Positions 21,452-31,676 of a stretch of DNA of 64,000 bases are shown in pieces (the stretch's first letter is position 1; every line of letters starts with the position of its first letter). The DNA is from a virus, in IMG/VR virus record IMGVR_UViG_3300043446_003513, positions 1 to 64,000 of that record; one strand, 5' to 3'. The notes below the pieces were generated by a model that was not told the DNA's origin, did no database searches, and saw only the letters and a program-made list of their open reading frames with translations. A program made the position numbers and the translations under genes.

Positions 21452-21904
21452 TTATGACAGGTATGCTGTCCCTGAAAATGGTTGAGCCATTGTCAGTGTT
21501 ATTGTATTTGTATTGTTATAATTTATGCCAGTTTCTAACATGTCGCCAGAACTAGACTTTACTGTTACATTTGGATAAAATCCTAAATTATGTGTTATTT
21601 CTACAGAATAGATATTTGAAACTGGGCCAGTTACTTGTGCTAGTTCCCAAGATGTACTATAAGCATAATCTGATCCAGCTGTAGCTAATTGAATAACATT
21701 AGCCCCAGTCCAAGAAAAATCGGTTAACTTTGGACCATAAAATTGATGAGTATCATTATTTACATAAAAGTCGCCAGTGATTCCTAAATTATTTGATGGA
21801 GCACCACTGCCATTTAATATTGTACGGCCAGCTGGACCTTGAGGCCCAGGAGTCTTAACAATTACTTTTCTTTTTTCTTCTACTACTATAACTTTTTCTG
21901 GCAT
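21452..21904 (-). CDS. Tail-associated protein with short collagen-like segment
   Basis: GPQGPAG, GDFYVN, ITHNLGFYPNVTV. Confidence 0.65.
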   Translation of the reverse strand: MPEKVIVVEEKRKVIVKTPGPQGPAGRTILNGSGAPSNNLGITGDFYVNNDTHQFYGPKLTDFSWTGANVIQLATAGSDYAYSTSWELAQVTGPVSNIYSVEITHNLGFYPNVTVKSSSGDMLETGINYNNTNTITLTMAQPFSGTAYLS

Positions 21905-22251
21905 TAGATAGTTACCGATCTACTGAGAGTCAAAAACCCTTCGAGGAGTTTTATTTTTTTCCCATTAGAATCGACAACCATAATGTCATACGATGACTTT
22001 GGATAAAATAGCTTATTTGTTTGGGTTGGAGTTACAGTAATAGTTAATGTTCCAGTTGGACCATCAATTGAAATTCCTGTTGGTGAAGTTAAAGAAAATG
22101 CTAACTTACTTCCACCTTTTGTATCTCTAACCTGCATTTTTGCGGTTGCACCAGTAAGATCAATCGGGGTTACCTCATCATCTTCTGTATACTGAACCTG
22201 AAATGAGAATGTAGTATTTTGATCTACTTCCCAATTTTTTTGTACTGCCAT
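21904..22251 (-). CDS. Tail/baseplate adaptor-like protein
   Basis: PIDLTGATAKMQVR...YDI...LLEG.L pattern common in small virion adaptors. Confidence 0.65.
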   Translation of the reverse strand: MAVQKNWEVDQNTTFSFQVQYTEDDEVTPIDLTGATAKMQVRDTKGGSKLAFSLTSPTGISIDGPTGTLTITVTPTQTNKLFYPKSSYDIMVVDSNGKKIKLLEGFLTLSRSVTI

Positions 22252-22324
22252 TTACCTAAGTCTCCTAATAGGAATACTCCTGTACCTATTTTAGCACAGG
22301 AGTATTTCTAATTTGTTGAACTAT

Positions 22325-22567
22325 TTACTTCTTTTTAATTCCAAAAGACGCATCGTTTGGATTAATTCCTTTAAGAATAACTGGTGCTACGGCGGCTACG
22401 CCAGCTGCAAGAATTGCCTTTAGATCTGTATTTCCAGTCATATATAAAGCAATTGCTGCTGAAAGAAAAGCTCTTCCATATGTGCCTAGTGCTGCTAAAA
22501 TTTGTTCTTGCACAGTTACTTTACCATCCTTATTTAAATCTTCTTTGCTAACTTTTTTAGTTGCCAA
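22325..22567 (-). CDS. Putative holin
   Basis: 80 aa, two hydrophobic helices, basic C-terminus; YGRAFL...PVILK..NPND..FG. Confidence 0.6.
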   Translation of the reverse strand: MATKKVSKEDLNKDGKVTVQEQILAALGTYGRAFLSAAIALYMTGNTDLKAILAAGVAAVAPVILKGINPNDASFGIKKK

Positions 22568-22628
22568 GATATCATCTCCTTCAAGGCCCTATGCCCTAAA
22601 TTTAGGTTTCCCTAATATTATTGTAGCA

Positions 22629-24566
22629 TTATGCAGATATATCTACAATTTCACAATTTCCGTCAGATGTACAGGCCAGCGTTTGTGTTCCACTGGTTCC
22701 ATCTTCTGTTTCATAAAAAGATAGATCTTCCCATCTAATTGAAGACGGCATTTTGGCGGACAGCTCAAGATACTCTACTTCTGAAACCTCTTGATATGGA
22801 GCTTGCTTATAGGAATGATCTGAGTATGGTAGGAATGAAATTCCAGAAACCTCGTCAAAATGCTTATAGACCCAAGCTCCTACCTCCATCCATTCTTCTT
22901 CCTTTACTGAAACAGTAATTGATGGTTTGTGCTCACACCAGGCTCTTTGATATACAAGCCAAATGTTTAAATGATCAATTGCAGTTAAGTGTTCTCTTAA
23001 TATTGCACCTTCTGGTGCCTTAACTGGAAACGAAAATACATATGTATCTGTTGGTTTCATAAAATCATCTTCTACTGGAATGCCTACTTCTTTTAAAAAT
23101 GTTGAGAGTGGATCTTTTTTGTCTCCACGAACTGTTCTAATATAATAATCAGAATGCCATGGATGCATTCCAGAAGATACCCCGACCAATTGAGATACTG
23201 TTCCAGAAGGCTTTACACATGTAATAGCTGCAGACTCAGAAATCCCAATTTTTCCAGCCTCTTCAGAATTAATTGTTCTTGCGTATTCACGAAGTCTATT
23301 TAAAGCGTCCTCTAACTTATTGAGGTCTTCTTTGCCAGAAAAAAACTTATTTCCAAACTGACCAGTTAGGGATACGCCTAGTAATCGTTCTTCTTCTGTA
23401 TTATCTTTCCAAATCTTTCTAAGATATTTAAAGTCTGTTAATGTAGACTGCCATGTTCCTAATATTGTTGCTAGTCTTACTTTTTCCGCAACAGTTGTAG
23501 TAGTATCATTTTCGCGTATAACAACTTCTGATAAATTACAAAATTGATAAGGGCGAAGAATAATTTCAGCGCAAGGATTAGTGCCATAATGAATTTCAGG
23601 ATCTCTTCGGCCATATTTAGCAGCTTGATTTTGAGCAGCTTTAACATTATAAATTCCCCGTTCTCCAGATTTTGAATCATACAAAGACTTCCACTCTGCT
23701 ATAAACTGTTCCATTTCTGGTTTTCTAGAGTATGCGACAGAGTTATTAGATAATGCTCTTTGAGAATTTGATTCCCACCAATTGCCAGACTTTGCTTGTG
23801 CCATTTCAATATCATTAATATTTGATAGTGAAATCATTGCAGATCTTCTAACTCCACCAACAACAACAATCTCGCCAATCTTACACATAATGTCATGACA
23901 TTCAATTGGTTTTAGTTGACGTCCAAGAGCTCCCTTAAACTTTGCAATTGTGAAATCAAAAAGATTTACAAGTGGCTGAGGACCAGATGATCTTCCGCCC
24001 ATGGTTTTTAGTCTTGCTCCAGCTGGTCTAAGCTTGCTAACATCAATTGATGGAATTTGACCAGACCACAATAAAGCAAGAAGTTCTCTGTAAGCTTTTG
24101 CCCAACCCTGCTTAGAATCTTCTACAATAATTGTTGTACTAGATTTTTCAAGTGTGTCTGGAACTGATGGAAGTTTGTTAATATACTTATATTCTACAGA
24201 AAATCCAACTCCTGTTCCGCACATAAGAATATACATTGTTTCATCAAAGGACCTAGGTGAGTCGACTGGAACAAATGAGCAATTGTATCCAGCAACATTA
24301 TCTCTATCCAATGCTGCGCCAGCAGTCATAACAGACCTCATTGATGGCATTACATTTCTATTAAAAACTGCCTCTTTAAGATCTGACAAAAGGGTGTCTT
24401 CTGGAACATAGTTATAGTTTTCCTTTAAGTGATTAGTCATAAAGCTAAAATAACGATCTACGGTTTCTCTCCATGTCTCACGACGATTTTCTTCTGGGAT
24501 CCACCTTGCATATCTAGATAAAGCAATAAAATTTTCATATGGATTTGCAATGCTGTTGTTTGACAT
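22629..24566 (-). CDS. nrdJ: Class II (adenosylcobalamin-dependent) ribonucleotide reductase
   Basis: YNCS, VVGGVRRSA, TNPCAEI, TCVKPSGTVSQL and C-terminal CxxxxC; start set at ATG 24566. Confidence 0.93.
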   Translation of the reverse strand: MSNNSIANPYENFIALSRYARWIPEENRRETWRETVDRYFSFMTNHLKENYNYVPEDTLLSDLKEAVFNRNVMPSMRSVMTAGAALDRDNVAGYNCSFVPVDSPRSFDETMYILMCGTGVGFSVEYKYINKLPSVPDTLEKSSTTIIVEDSKQGWAKAYRELLALLWSGQIPSIDVSKLRPAGARLKTMGGRSSGPQPLVNLFDFTIAKFKGALGRQLKPIECHDIMCKIGEIVVVGGVRRSAMISLSNINDIEMAQAKSGNWWESNSQRALSNNSVAYSRKPEMEQFIAEWKSLYDSKSGERGIYNVKAAQNQAAKYGRRDPEIHYGTNPCAEIILRPYQFCNLSEVVIRENDTTTTVAEKVRLATILGTWQSTLTDFKYLRKIWKDNTEEERLLGVSLTGQFGNKFFSGKEDLNKLEDALNRLREYARTINSEEAGKIGISESAAITCVKPSGTVSQLVGVSSGMHPWHSDYYIRTVRGDKKDPLSTFLKEVGIPVEDDFMKPTDTYVFSFPVKAPEGAILREHLTAIDHLNIWLVYQRAWCEHKPSITVSVKEEEWMEVGAWVYKHFDEVSGISFLPYSDHSYKQAPYQEVSEVEYLELSAKMPSSIRWEDLSFYETEDGTSGTQTLACTSDGNCEIVDISA

Positions 24567-24652
24567 GAATACACCTTTTCTGCCATCCATCGATGACTTA
24601 TGATTTTTTGTAGATTTATAGTGTATCAAATGTTTTGTTGCATGAAAAGACT

Positions 24653-25642
24653 TTAGGAAAACTTTTTTACAACATCTTTAAAAGCATTATTAGTCAACTG
24701 AATCCAGTTATATTCTTTATGAATTTTAGAAGCTTGTGCATAATAGTATCCAGAGTATGCTTTAAAATTATGAACAACATCTCTCATAACCTCAAGTAGA
24801 TGTTGATACTCTGGTTCAAACATTTTGCCCTCATGAGGAAATGGCCAAGGAGAGTCAACTAGTTCTGACTTTAATGCAAGAGGTCCTAAGTAGTTTTTAT
24901 AGTGTGCCCAATTTTCAGTACAAATAGTCGGCATTCCAGTTGCTAAAGCTTGTAATGGAATAAATCCAAATCCCTCTCCGTAGCTTGGATAAAGTAAAAC
25001 ATCATGATCATGAAAAAGTTTTACTAATTCTAAATCAGAGAGTTGTTCTGTTATTATATTTATATTGTTATATACTTGATGTGGTAAGCCAATAATATTT
25101 TTATCTAAATAATTATTATATATTCTTGTAGTATTATTAAAATAAGCTTTTATGGTTAAAGAATATCTTGGATCATTTCCAAATAGTTGTGAGAATGCAT
25201 CTACAACCATTTGCCCACCTTTTCTTGGTGCTGGCTCTCCAACATGCAAAAACTTTATTACTTCGCCTTCGTTTCTTTTTTTAAGTTTCCAAATATCTTG
25301 AATGCCATGAGGATAAACTTTTATATCTTTAAATCCATTATCTTCAAAAACATTAGCACACCAATTTGATGTAGTCCACAACTCATCACATGCTTTCATC
25401 ATATTGATCCATCTATCTGGAATTTTCGTAGATTCCCAAGGAGTGTATCCTATTTGGTATTGACCTTTATGCATTTTAAAATGTTCTGGTTGTGCAAAGT
25501 TTAATTGAACTGGAGATTTAGCATTTGAATAGGGAACAATGTGACCAAGGGTTTTTAATGAATCAACTATATTTAAGCCAGCATAACCGTATCCATTAGA
25601 ATTTTTTAAATTAATAGTTGGTGTAAAAAATGAAATTTCCAT
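24653..25642 (-). CDS. Glycosyltransferase (GT-B fold, GT4-like)
   Basis: RKG and YPSYGEGFGFIPLQALATGMPTI motifs. Confidence 0.9.
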   Translation of the reverse strand: MEISFFTPTINLKNSNGYGYAGLNIVDSLKTLGHIVPYSNAKSPVQLNFAQPEHFKMHKGQYQIGYTPWESTKIPDRWINMMKACDELWTTSNWCANVFEDNGFKDIKVYPHGIQDIWKLKKRNEGEVIKFLHVGEPAPRKGGQMVVDAFSQLFGNDPRYSLTIKAYFNNTTRIYNNYLDKNIIGLPHQVYNNINIITEQLSDLELVKLFHDHDVLLYPSYGEGFGFIPLQALATGMPTICTENWAHYKNYLGPLALKSELVDSPWPFPHEGKMFEPEYQHLLEVMRDVVHNFKAYSGYYYAQASKIHKEYNWIQLTNNAFKDVVKKFS

Positions 25643-25726
25643 AGTTTTTCCTGGTCAACTGGCTTGACAAGGGTTGTCCGCCAATGTTATGATTGTAGTT
25701 CGTTATCTCTAAAGGAGGAAATGCCA

Positions 25727-26302
25727 ATGGAGAATATCAAACAAAGTTTCAGTGATGTTGTACATAACTGGACTGTGATAACAATGATAGCATTATTTTT
25801 GTTTTCAACCAGCCCAGTAGTAAAATTTCCAGCTGAAGCTTCTGTAGTAAGACCCAGAATTGTTGTGCAGGAAAAAACTGCAGAACAAATCAAGAAAGAA
25901 ACCTTAGAAAAGTACAGCAGTACTGTTTATGGAGAATGGGATCAGCTTAGCGATTTTGAACTTAAGGAATTGTTATTGTTGATCGGATTCGAAGGAAGTG
26001 CCCTTAAAACGGCATGGGCTATTGCTAAGCGGGAGTCTAACGGACGACCAATGGCTTACAATGGTAACAGGAAAACTGGAGACAGTTCCTACGGAATTTT
26101 TCAGATTAATATGTTGGGAAACCTCGGCATTGATCGTAAAGAAAAATTTGATTTAAAGTCGAATAAAGAATTATTCGATCCAGTTAGAAATGTTGAGATA
26201 ACGTACTACATGACCGATGGCGGTAAAGATTGGTCAGCCTGGAAGGGACTTACCCCAAGGGCACAGGAATGGCTAGAAAAATTTCCTGACAAAGAAAAGT
26301 AG
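25727..26302 (+). CDS. Lytic transglycosylase (SLT/lysozyme-like) with N-terminal hydrophobic segment
   Basis: AWAIAKRES, SYGIFQIN, LFDPV.N, GKDWSAW; RBS aaggagg at 25712. Confidence 0.85.
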   Translation: MENIKQSFSDVVHNWTVITMIALFLFSTSPVVKFPAEASVVRPRIVVQEKTAEQIKKETLEKYSSTVYGEWDQLSDFELKELLLLIGFEGSALKTAWAIAKRESNGRPMAYNGNRKTGDSSYGIFQINMLGNLGIDRKEKFDLKSNKELFDPVRNVEITYYMTDGGKDWSAWKGLTPRAQEWLEKFPDKEK

Positions 26303-26307
26303 GAGAT

Positions 26308-26523
26308 ATGCAACAGATACAATATGTATCTAAATATTTAGCCCTAGCAGAAGAAGGCCTTGTATCAAGAATGGACTGTCCAATTGATCAAGGTCTTCTT
26401 TTTCCTAATTTAGATAATGATGATAATATATTTTTGTATTGCATTTCATGTTCTTATAAAAAAAATATTGGACTAGATTTATATAATAAGATTAAAGAAA
26501 AGGTAGAAGAAAATAATGAGTGA
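26308..26523 (+). CDS. Small Zn-ribbon-like protein
   Basis: CPID...CISC. Confidence 0.6.
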   Translation: MQQIQYVSKYLALAEEGLVSRMDCPIDQGLLFPNLDNDDNIFLYCISCSYKKNIGLDLYNKIKEKVEENNE

Positions 26524-26731
26524 AAATAATCAAGAGATGGAAAATCTGGAAGAAAATCTTCCAATGGTAAATTATATTATGCTTCACAGAATTTATGATT
26601 TATTAACTCTTATTGCAAACAAGCTGGTTGGACCAGAAGATGTATCTAAAATGGTTTCATATCATGATCAAGGATACCTGCTTGGACCTATGCCGTCTTT
26701 TGTTCCTCCGTCTCAAGGAGAAGTTGATTGA
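26516..26731 (+). CDS. Hypothetical protein
   Basis: Overlapping ORF in the same operon. Confidence 0.65.
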   Translation: MSENNQEMENLEENLPMVNYIMLHRIYDLLTLIANKLVGPEDVSKMVSYHDQGYLLGPMPSFVPPSQGEVD

Positions 26732-26756
26732 CTTTAAAATATATATATTTTATACT
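26728..26756 (+). promoter_or_regulatory. Sigma70/SigA-type promoter
   Basis: TTGACT-N17-TATACT. Confidence 0.75.
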
Positions 26757-26761
26757 TGTTT

Positions 26762-26843
26762 AACGAGTAGAGCAAAGCTCCTCGTTCGGCATCTCAAGAT
26801 GCTACTAAGTCCCAGTTGAATCCGCCTTTAACTGGGACTTTTT
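26762..26843 (+). ncRNA. Candidate ~80-nt sRNA of three hairpins ending in an intrinsic terminator
   Basis: No ORF between promoter and terminator; stems aacgag/ctcgtt, ggcatc/gatgct and aagtcccagtt/aactgggactt followed by a T run. Confidence 0.55.
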
Positions 26844-26879
26844 ATATGCTTTATATTAATTTAATTGTATAATTGATAT

Positions 26880-27149
26880 ATGCTAAGACACAGAATAGTG
26901 GAGCTAACATCTACTCCAGCTTTAATGACAACTCACGAACCAGTAGACAGACTTAATGTTTTATCTATTCAAAACGTGATGATGACTGGATTTGCTTATT
27001 TAGGAAATTCTAATGTGTCTACAACAACATATGGACATAAATTATATCCAGGCCAAAGTTTTACCATAGAACTTGCTCCAAATGATCGTGTGTGGGCTGT
27101 TGGAGATGCTGGAGTAAGCGTTGCAATATTTAATTTGGACATAGGATGA
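26880..27149 (+). CDS. Hypothetical protein, leaderless
   Basis: TATAAT-N6-ATG. Confidence 0.65.
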   Translation: MLRHRIVELTSTPALMTTHEPVDRLNVLSIQNVMMTGFAYLGNSNVSTTTYGHKLYPGQSFTIELAPNDRVWAVGDAGVSVAIFNLDIG

Positions 27150-27781
27150 GCCAACCAAGAATACGAATTACAACTGCACCATTAGATCCATCATCTATAA
27201 TTGCGGCGTATACATCTACAATAAAACATTTGGTTAAAAGCGATTATGATGGAACAATAAATAAAGGCCAGGCTGTCTATGTTACTGGCTCAACTGGTCA
27301 ATCTGGCACAAACATGTTAGTTAATAGGGCAAGCAATAACATTGAAATGACTTCATCAAAAACTATGGGGCTTTTAGAAACAAGTCTTTCAAAAAATGAA
27401 ATTGGCTATGTTGTTACAGAAGGGCTGCTTGCTGGATTAGATACTTCTAGTGCTGGTCAGGCTGGAGATCCAGTTTGGCTTGGAGTAGATGGAAATTTAA
27501 TTTATGGATTAACAAATAAACCAGTAGCGCCAGCTCATTTAGTTTTTATTGGAATAGTGACTCGCAAACAACAAAACAACGGTGAAATATTTGTTAAAGT
27601 TCAAAATGGTTTTGAGTTAGAAGAACTTCATAATTTAGTTTTAAACGGCAAAGCAGAAGGAGATATGATTAAGTGGGACGGAACTAAATGGATTAACTTT
27701 CATGGCGCCACGGGATCATTTATATCAACAGATAATAAAACAGTTATAGTAACTAATGGTATAATTACATCTATTGTCTAA
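27146..27781 (+). CDS. Putative virion decoration/fibre protein
   Basis: TINKGQAVYV, GYVVTEGLLAGLDT, GEIFVKVQNGFELEELHN and VTNGIITSI are structural-type motifs. Confidence 0.55.
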   Translation: MSQPRIRITTAPLDPSSIIAAYTSTIKHLVKSDYDGTINKGQAVYVTGSTGQSGTNMLVNRASNNIEMTSSKTMGLLETSLSKNEIGYVVTEGLLAGLDTSSAGQAGDPVWLGVDGNLIYGLTNKPVAPAHLVFIGIVTRKQQNNGEIFVKVQNGFELEELHNLVLNGKAEGDMIKWDGTKWINFHGATGSFISTDNKTVIVTNGIITSIV

Positions 27782-27797
27782 TAGAATAGGATACAAA

Positions 27798-27983
27798 ATG
27801 GATAAAAGATTTAACCCAGAATTAAGAAGAAATGTTGCAGAAAGCATTCCATGCATACACATGAATTCTATGTCTTTGGCTGACAGAACACTAAAAACAA
27901 TTGTTAGATATCTAAAAGATGCTCAAAGCAGAGGGCTTACAACTATTGATCAAGTTTTGAGTGACATGGAGAGGGAAGACTAA
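27798..27983 (+). CDS. Hypothetical protein
   Basis: ORF; start moved to ATG 27798. Confidence 0.5.
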   Translation: MDKRFNPELRRNVAESIPCIHMNSMSLADRTLKTIVRYLKDAQSRGLTTIDQVLSDMERED

Positions 27984-29017
27984 TCGCAATGGTCTTTTCT
28001 GTTATAAACATATAGATCAACAAACTCTTCTATTGGAAATGGCTGTTCGTCATCATCTGAAAAAGTAAATCTATTTTGCTTTGAAATAAGATCATGATTT
28101 CCAGATTTTAAAACATAAATATTTGTATCTTTTTTAAGAATTCTTTGTTCGTCAATTGTTTCCTTGGTGGCAAACAACATGCCACGCCATTCCTTATTTA
28201 AAAACCCATCCTTTTCAATTTCTGCAATTTTTTTCATAAAATCTTCATCAGACAATGAGCTTTCCATATCTGTCCATTCTTGCGGAATTGGGGCTGATAA
28301 AAAATGTCTTACATAATATTTTTTACCTTTTATTGGAAATACAGCGTGGGGAATGTCTGTTCTAAACAATAATCCATCTCCAGCTTCCATTTTATATGTA
28401 ATTGGATCGTCTACATAATAACAAGTCTTTTCGTCTCCAACTTGATTTATATAAGAAGTTTTTTCAGCATTTTCTATATCAATAAACTGAATTTCTCCGC
28501 CTTCATAATCATCGTTAATATAAATATTGTAATTAAATATTTGTGGAGAAGGAGTAATCCATCTTCTTTTATCTAAATGATAATCCATTGATAAAAATTT
28601 TGTTGGATTTGTATTTAAAGATTCTGCAATCAATAAATCTGGATACTGCCACCCTACAATATTTTTTTTATTATCAAAAAATTCTTCAAAATTTGATGGA
28701 ACAGTTTTGCTATCTGCAAATGAATCTACATAATTACTGTCCCATAAATTTTCTTTATAATATTTAATTGCATCCCAAAAAGAATCTGTTGTTTCTTTTA
28801 TAAAATATGCCCCATCAGAGTCAGAGTGCATCCAGGAAGTATCTTCAACAGGGTAAACTTTTGAATAGTAACCCCATGGTTTCCAATTTACCCATGAACT
28901 AAAAAAATCTACTTTTTCTGTTTTACTTTTTTTAATTATTTCATAAAGTTTATTTGGGTTGCTAACAGCATTTTTAATTAAAAGAATTTCTTTTCCTAGT
29001 TCAATGTATTCTTTCAA
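27980..29017 (-). CDS. 2OG-Fe(II) oxygenase
   Basis: YHLD, YINDDYEGGEIQF, PHAV; resembles 7885..8718. Confidence 0.82.
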   Translation of the reverse strand: MKEYIELGKEILLIKNAVSNPNKLYEIIKKSKTEKVDFFSSWVNWKPWGYYSKVYPVEDTSWMHSDSDGAYFIKETTDSFWDAIKYYKENLWDSNYVDSFADSKTVPSNFEEFFDNKKNIVGWQYPDLLIAESLNTNPTKFLSMDYHLDKRRWITPSPQIFNYNIYINDDYEGGEIQFIDIENAEKTSYINQVGDEKTCYYVDDPITYKMEAGDGLLFRTDIPHAVFPIKGKKYYVRHFLSAPIPQEWTDMESSLSDEDFMKKIAEIEKDGFLNKEWRGMLFATKETIDEQRILKKDTNIYVLKSGNHDLISKQNRFTFSDDDEQPFPIEEFVDLYVYNRKDHCD

Positions 29018-29294
29018 GACTCTATCTCATTTTCTTTGTTTGGCCAAGCCAAAACAATAAATGTAATTATTGAAAAAGTTACCGCTAATATACTTACAAT
29101 TATCATAATAAAATTATACAATATTTTTATTTTTGTGACAATTACACTCACAAATAGCCTTTTTGTTATTCCAGTCTATATATGACCACCTACATTCTTC
29201 ATGTAGCTCATCCATACACCACCCAAATTTTCTTATTTTTATAGACATGCGCTTATAGTATCATATTGTGGTATAATTTTGTAGGAGGAAACAC

Positions 29295-29435
29295 ATGGGA
29301 AGAGATCATTTTAAAAAAGTATTTTTTTCACCATACTTTCAATCCAACCATTATAAAAATGAAACTCCTGGCGGAAAGATAGAAAAAAAAATCGAGAATT
29401 GGTTTAAAAAATTTTTTAAAAAGGATGAAAAATAA
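29295..29435 (+). CDS. Small basic hypothetical protein (46 aa)
   Basis: RBS aggagg; MGRDHFKKVFFSPYF...; stop overlaps the next ATG. Confidence 0.55.
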   Translation: MGRDHFKKVFFSPYFQSNHYKNETPGGKIEKKIENWFKKFFKKDEK

Positions 29436-30238
29436 TGTTTTATGACAGACCAGACTGTATTAAATTGGCGGAAAAAATATTTTTGTTTAAAAATGCTTTA
29501 CCCAAAGAATTAATTGATCATTTAAATAAAGCATATATGGAAATGGATCAATCTACACTAGAATATGAAGATACTTTAATAGAATGGTATTCAAATAAAG
29601 TTGCTACAGAAATGCCAACTCCTAGAATTCATGAGGCCTGGGAACTTATTAGTGATATTTTATATCCAGAATATATTCTTCACCCTTCAGTAAATGTTTT
29701 AGCTGTAAAGCCAGGGGATGGCGGTATGTTTGTTCACGCAGATAGCCCAGGTCGAGGATGCGAAGATATGCTTACGCAACTTGATGAATTTAGCACATGT
29801 TGCATTATTGATTATGGTTTAGTAATGTATCTTGGAGAATGGACTGGAGGGGCTATATTTTATCCCCAGTTAAATCCAGATGGAACACCTAAGATGCATG
29901 AAAATGTTCAAGAAGGATGTTTTGAATATACTCCAGAAATTGGAGATATAATTATTCATAGTGCTCATTCTCCATATGAACATGGAGTAAGAGAAGTTGA
30001 ATCTGGTACAAGGTTTGCATACTCTAACTTTGTTTTAAGAATGGAAGATAATCCTGGATCATTTTATACTTATAAAACTCCAGAGTATTACGAACAACTT
30101 GGTGAAAAAGAAGATGGATTTTTAAAGAGATGGATTATTCCTTTATACCAGAGCGATGTTTCATATAAGCTCAGAAAAGAATTCGGTAAAGAAATTCCAG
30201 ATCTTCCAACTAAAGATCAGCTATTAAATAATAAATAA
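29435..30238 (+). CDS. 2OG-Fe(II) oxygenase
   Basis: MFVHAD, YLGEWTGGAIFYP, YEHGV, GTRF. Confidence 0.87.
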   Translation: MFYDRPDCIKLAEKIFLFKNALPKELIDHLNKAYMEMDQSTLEYEDTLIEWYSNKVATEMPTPRIHEAWELISDILYPEYILHPSVNVLAVKPGDGGMFVHADSPGRGCEDMLTQLDEFSTCCIIDYGLVMYLGEWTGGAIFYPQLNPDGTPKMHENVQEGCFEYTPEIGDIIIHSAHSPYEHGVREVESGTRFAYSNFVLRMEDNPGSFYTYKTPEYYEQLGEKEDGFLKRWIIPLYQSDVSYKLRKEFGKEIPDLPTKDQLLNNK

Positions 30239-30314
30239 GTGCGAAATTTAGTGTCGCGGCGGCAGAGAACAAACATACCCCATATAATTCATATAAGCCC
30301 ATTAGAGAGACTTT

Positions 30315-30464
30315 CTAGAATAGAGTAGGGTCTTCCTCTATGTCGTCATCATATACGTCGAATGTTTCCTCAAATAGGTCAGCGGCATCATTTACTTGAT
30401 CAATAACGAACCATAATAGGAATCCAAATAGACCTACAAGAGCGACGGGCAGAAAGCGTTTCAT
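30315..30464 (-). CDS. Small membrane protein with acidic tail (49 aa)
   Basis: MKRFLPVALVGLFGFLLWFVID...DDDIEEDPTLF; ATGA overlap with speD. Confidence 0.5.
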   Translation of the reverse strand: MKRFLPVALVGLFGFLLWFVIDQVNDAADLFEETFDVYDDDIEEDPTLF

Positions 30465-30850
30465 AATAGCTCATTTCCTATTACTTCAGTCTTAAATCCA
30501 TCTTCTCTATCAAATAGAACATAATCAATAGAACTAACGTCAAAGGCATTTCTAAATATTGTAAGCACTTTATCCAAATCTAGCTTGCCACAAGTATATA
30601 GATCAAATTGAACCAAAGAAGGATCCATCTCGTCCCATATATGAAATGCTATATGACTAGTTTCGATCATTACTATGGCTGTTAGCCCTTTATTCCCCGC
30701 CTTGTCTACATAACTTGCAAATGGACCTTTTATGATCTTCATATCGATATCATTTACTAGCTTAGTGAGAAAATCGATACCCTCTTCTTCGGTATTCATT
30801 GGATTATGTACTTTTGCATTTATAAGTAAGTGCTTGTGATATATCATCAT
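30461..30850 (-). CDS. speD: S-adenosylmethionine decarboxylase proenzyme
   Basis: GLTAIVMIETSHIAFHIWDE and QFDLYTCG motifs. Confidence 0.85.
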   Translation of the reverse strand: MMIYHKHLLINAKVHNPMNTEEEGIDFLTKLVNDIDMKIIKGPFASYVDKAGNKGLTAIVMIETSHIAFHIWDEMDPSLVQFDLYTCGKLDLDKVLTIFRNAFDVSSIDYVLFDREDGFKTEVIGNELL

Positions 30851-31112
30851 CTTCCGTTTCTACATCAAATATATTCTAGTCGACTATAATTTTAGATTAT
30901 ATAAAATGTTATATATATTTTTTATAAGTATATCTGGGGATTTAGATTTTTAGGAAAGCCCCCCTACCCCCCAAGTTTTTTCTTCTTGGAAAGATAGAGA
31001 AAGCTACATCTGGTACATTTGAGTTCCTAGTGTAAGCCCCCACAAACCAAAGTAAGTATAACATTATAAAAATTTTTCTGTCAAACTACTACAAATATTG
31101 TATAATGGTTTT

Positions 31113-31676
31113 ATGCAGCCAACAATAATAAAAAATTTTATTAGTAAAGACACAGCTTATTATTTAAATAATTATTTTAGGCCTTTGGTTGAAATAAATC
31201 CTAATGGTTTACTTAATGTTCCTCTTACTGCTGGAGACAATGGACTTGGATTTTCTTGCAAAGATCCAGCAATAAAAGAATCAAATATTTCACTTGATAT
31301 AGTGACTTTAATTGTTGAAGCAATTGCACATAGGTTTAATTTGCCAAAAAATAGAGTATCAATTAGAAGCTGTAACTATCAAGTGCTGGTTGAAGGTCAA
31401 GAAATTGGTTATCATTCTGATAATCGTGGAGCATATCGAAATAAAATGAAAAACGATGGTTGGTCTGCCCTTCTTTATTTGGATGATCAGTATACTGGTG
31501 GAGAAATTTTGTTCTATGAATTAGATGAAAATGGCAAAGAAATATCTAAATCTTATCACCCCACACCAGGAACATTAATCTATTTTAAAGGCGATGAAGA
31601 ACATTGTCATTCTGTTAATAAAGTGATAAATGGAGAAAGACCAAATCTTATCTTATTTTTTGATGTAAATGATTAA
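31113..31676 (+). CDS. 2OG-Fe(II) oxygenase, leaderless
   Basis: YHSD, YLDDQYTGGEILF, CHSV, GER; TATAAT-N6-ATG at 31113. Confidence 0.87.
   Translation: MQPTIIKNFISKDTAYYLNNYFRPLVEINPNGLLNVPLTAGDNGLGFSCKDPAIKESNISLDIVTLIVEAIAHRFNLPKNRVSIRSCNYQVLVEGQEIGYHSDNRGAYRNKMKNDGWSALLYLDDQYTGGEILFYELDENGKEISKSYHPTPGTLIYFKGDEEHCHSVNKVINGERPNLILFFDVND

Noticed and set aside
22629-24566. Intein or intron in nrdJ, or in the visible part of the terminase
   Set aside because: Motifs are contiguous and lengths ordinary; no insertion evident
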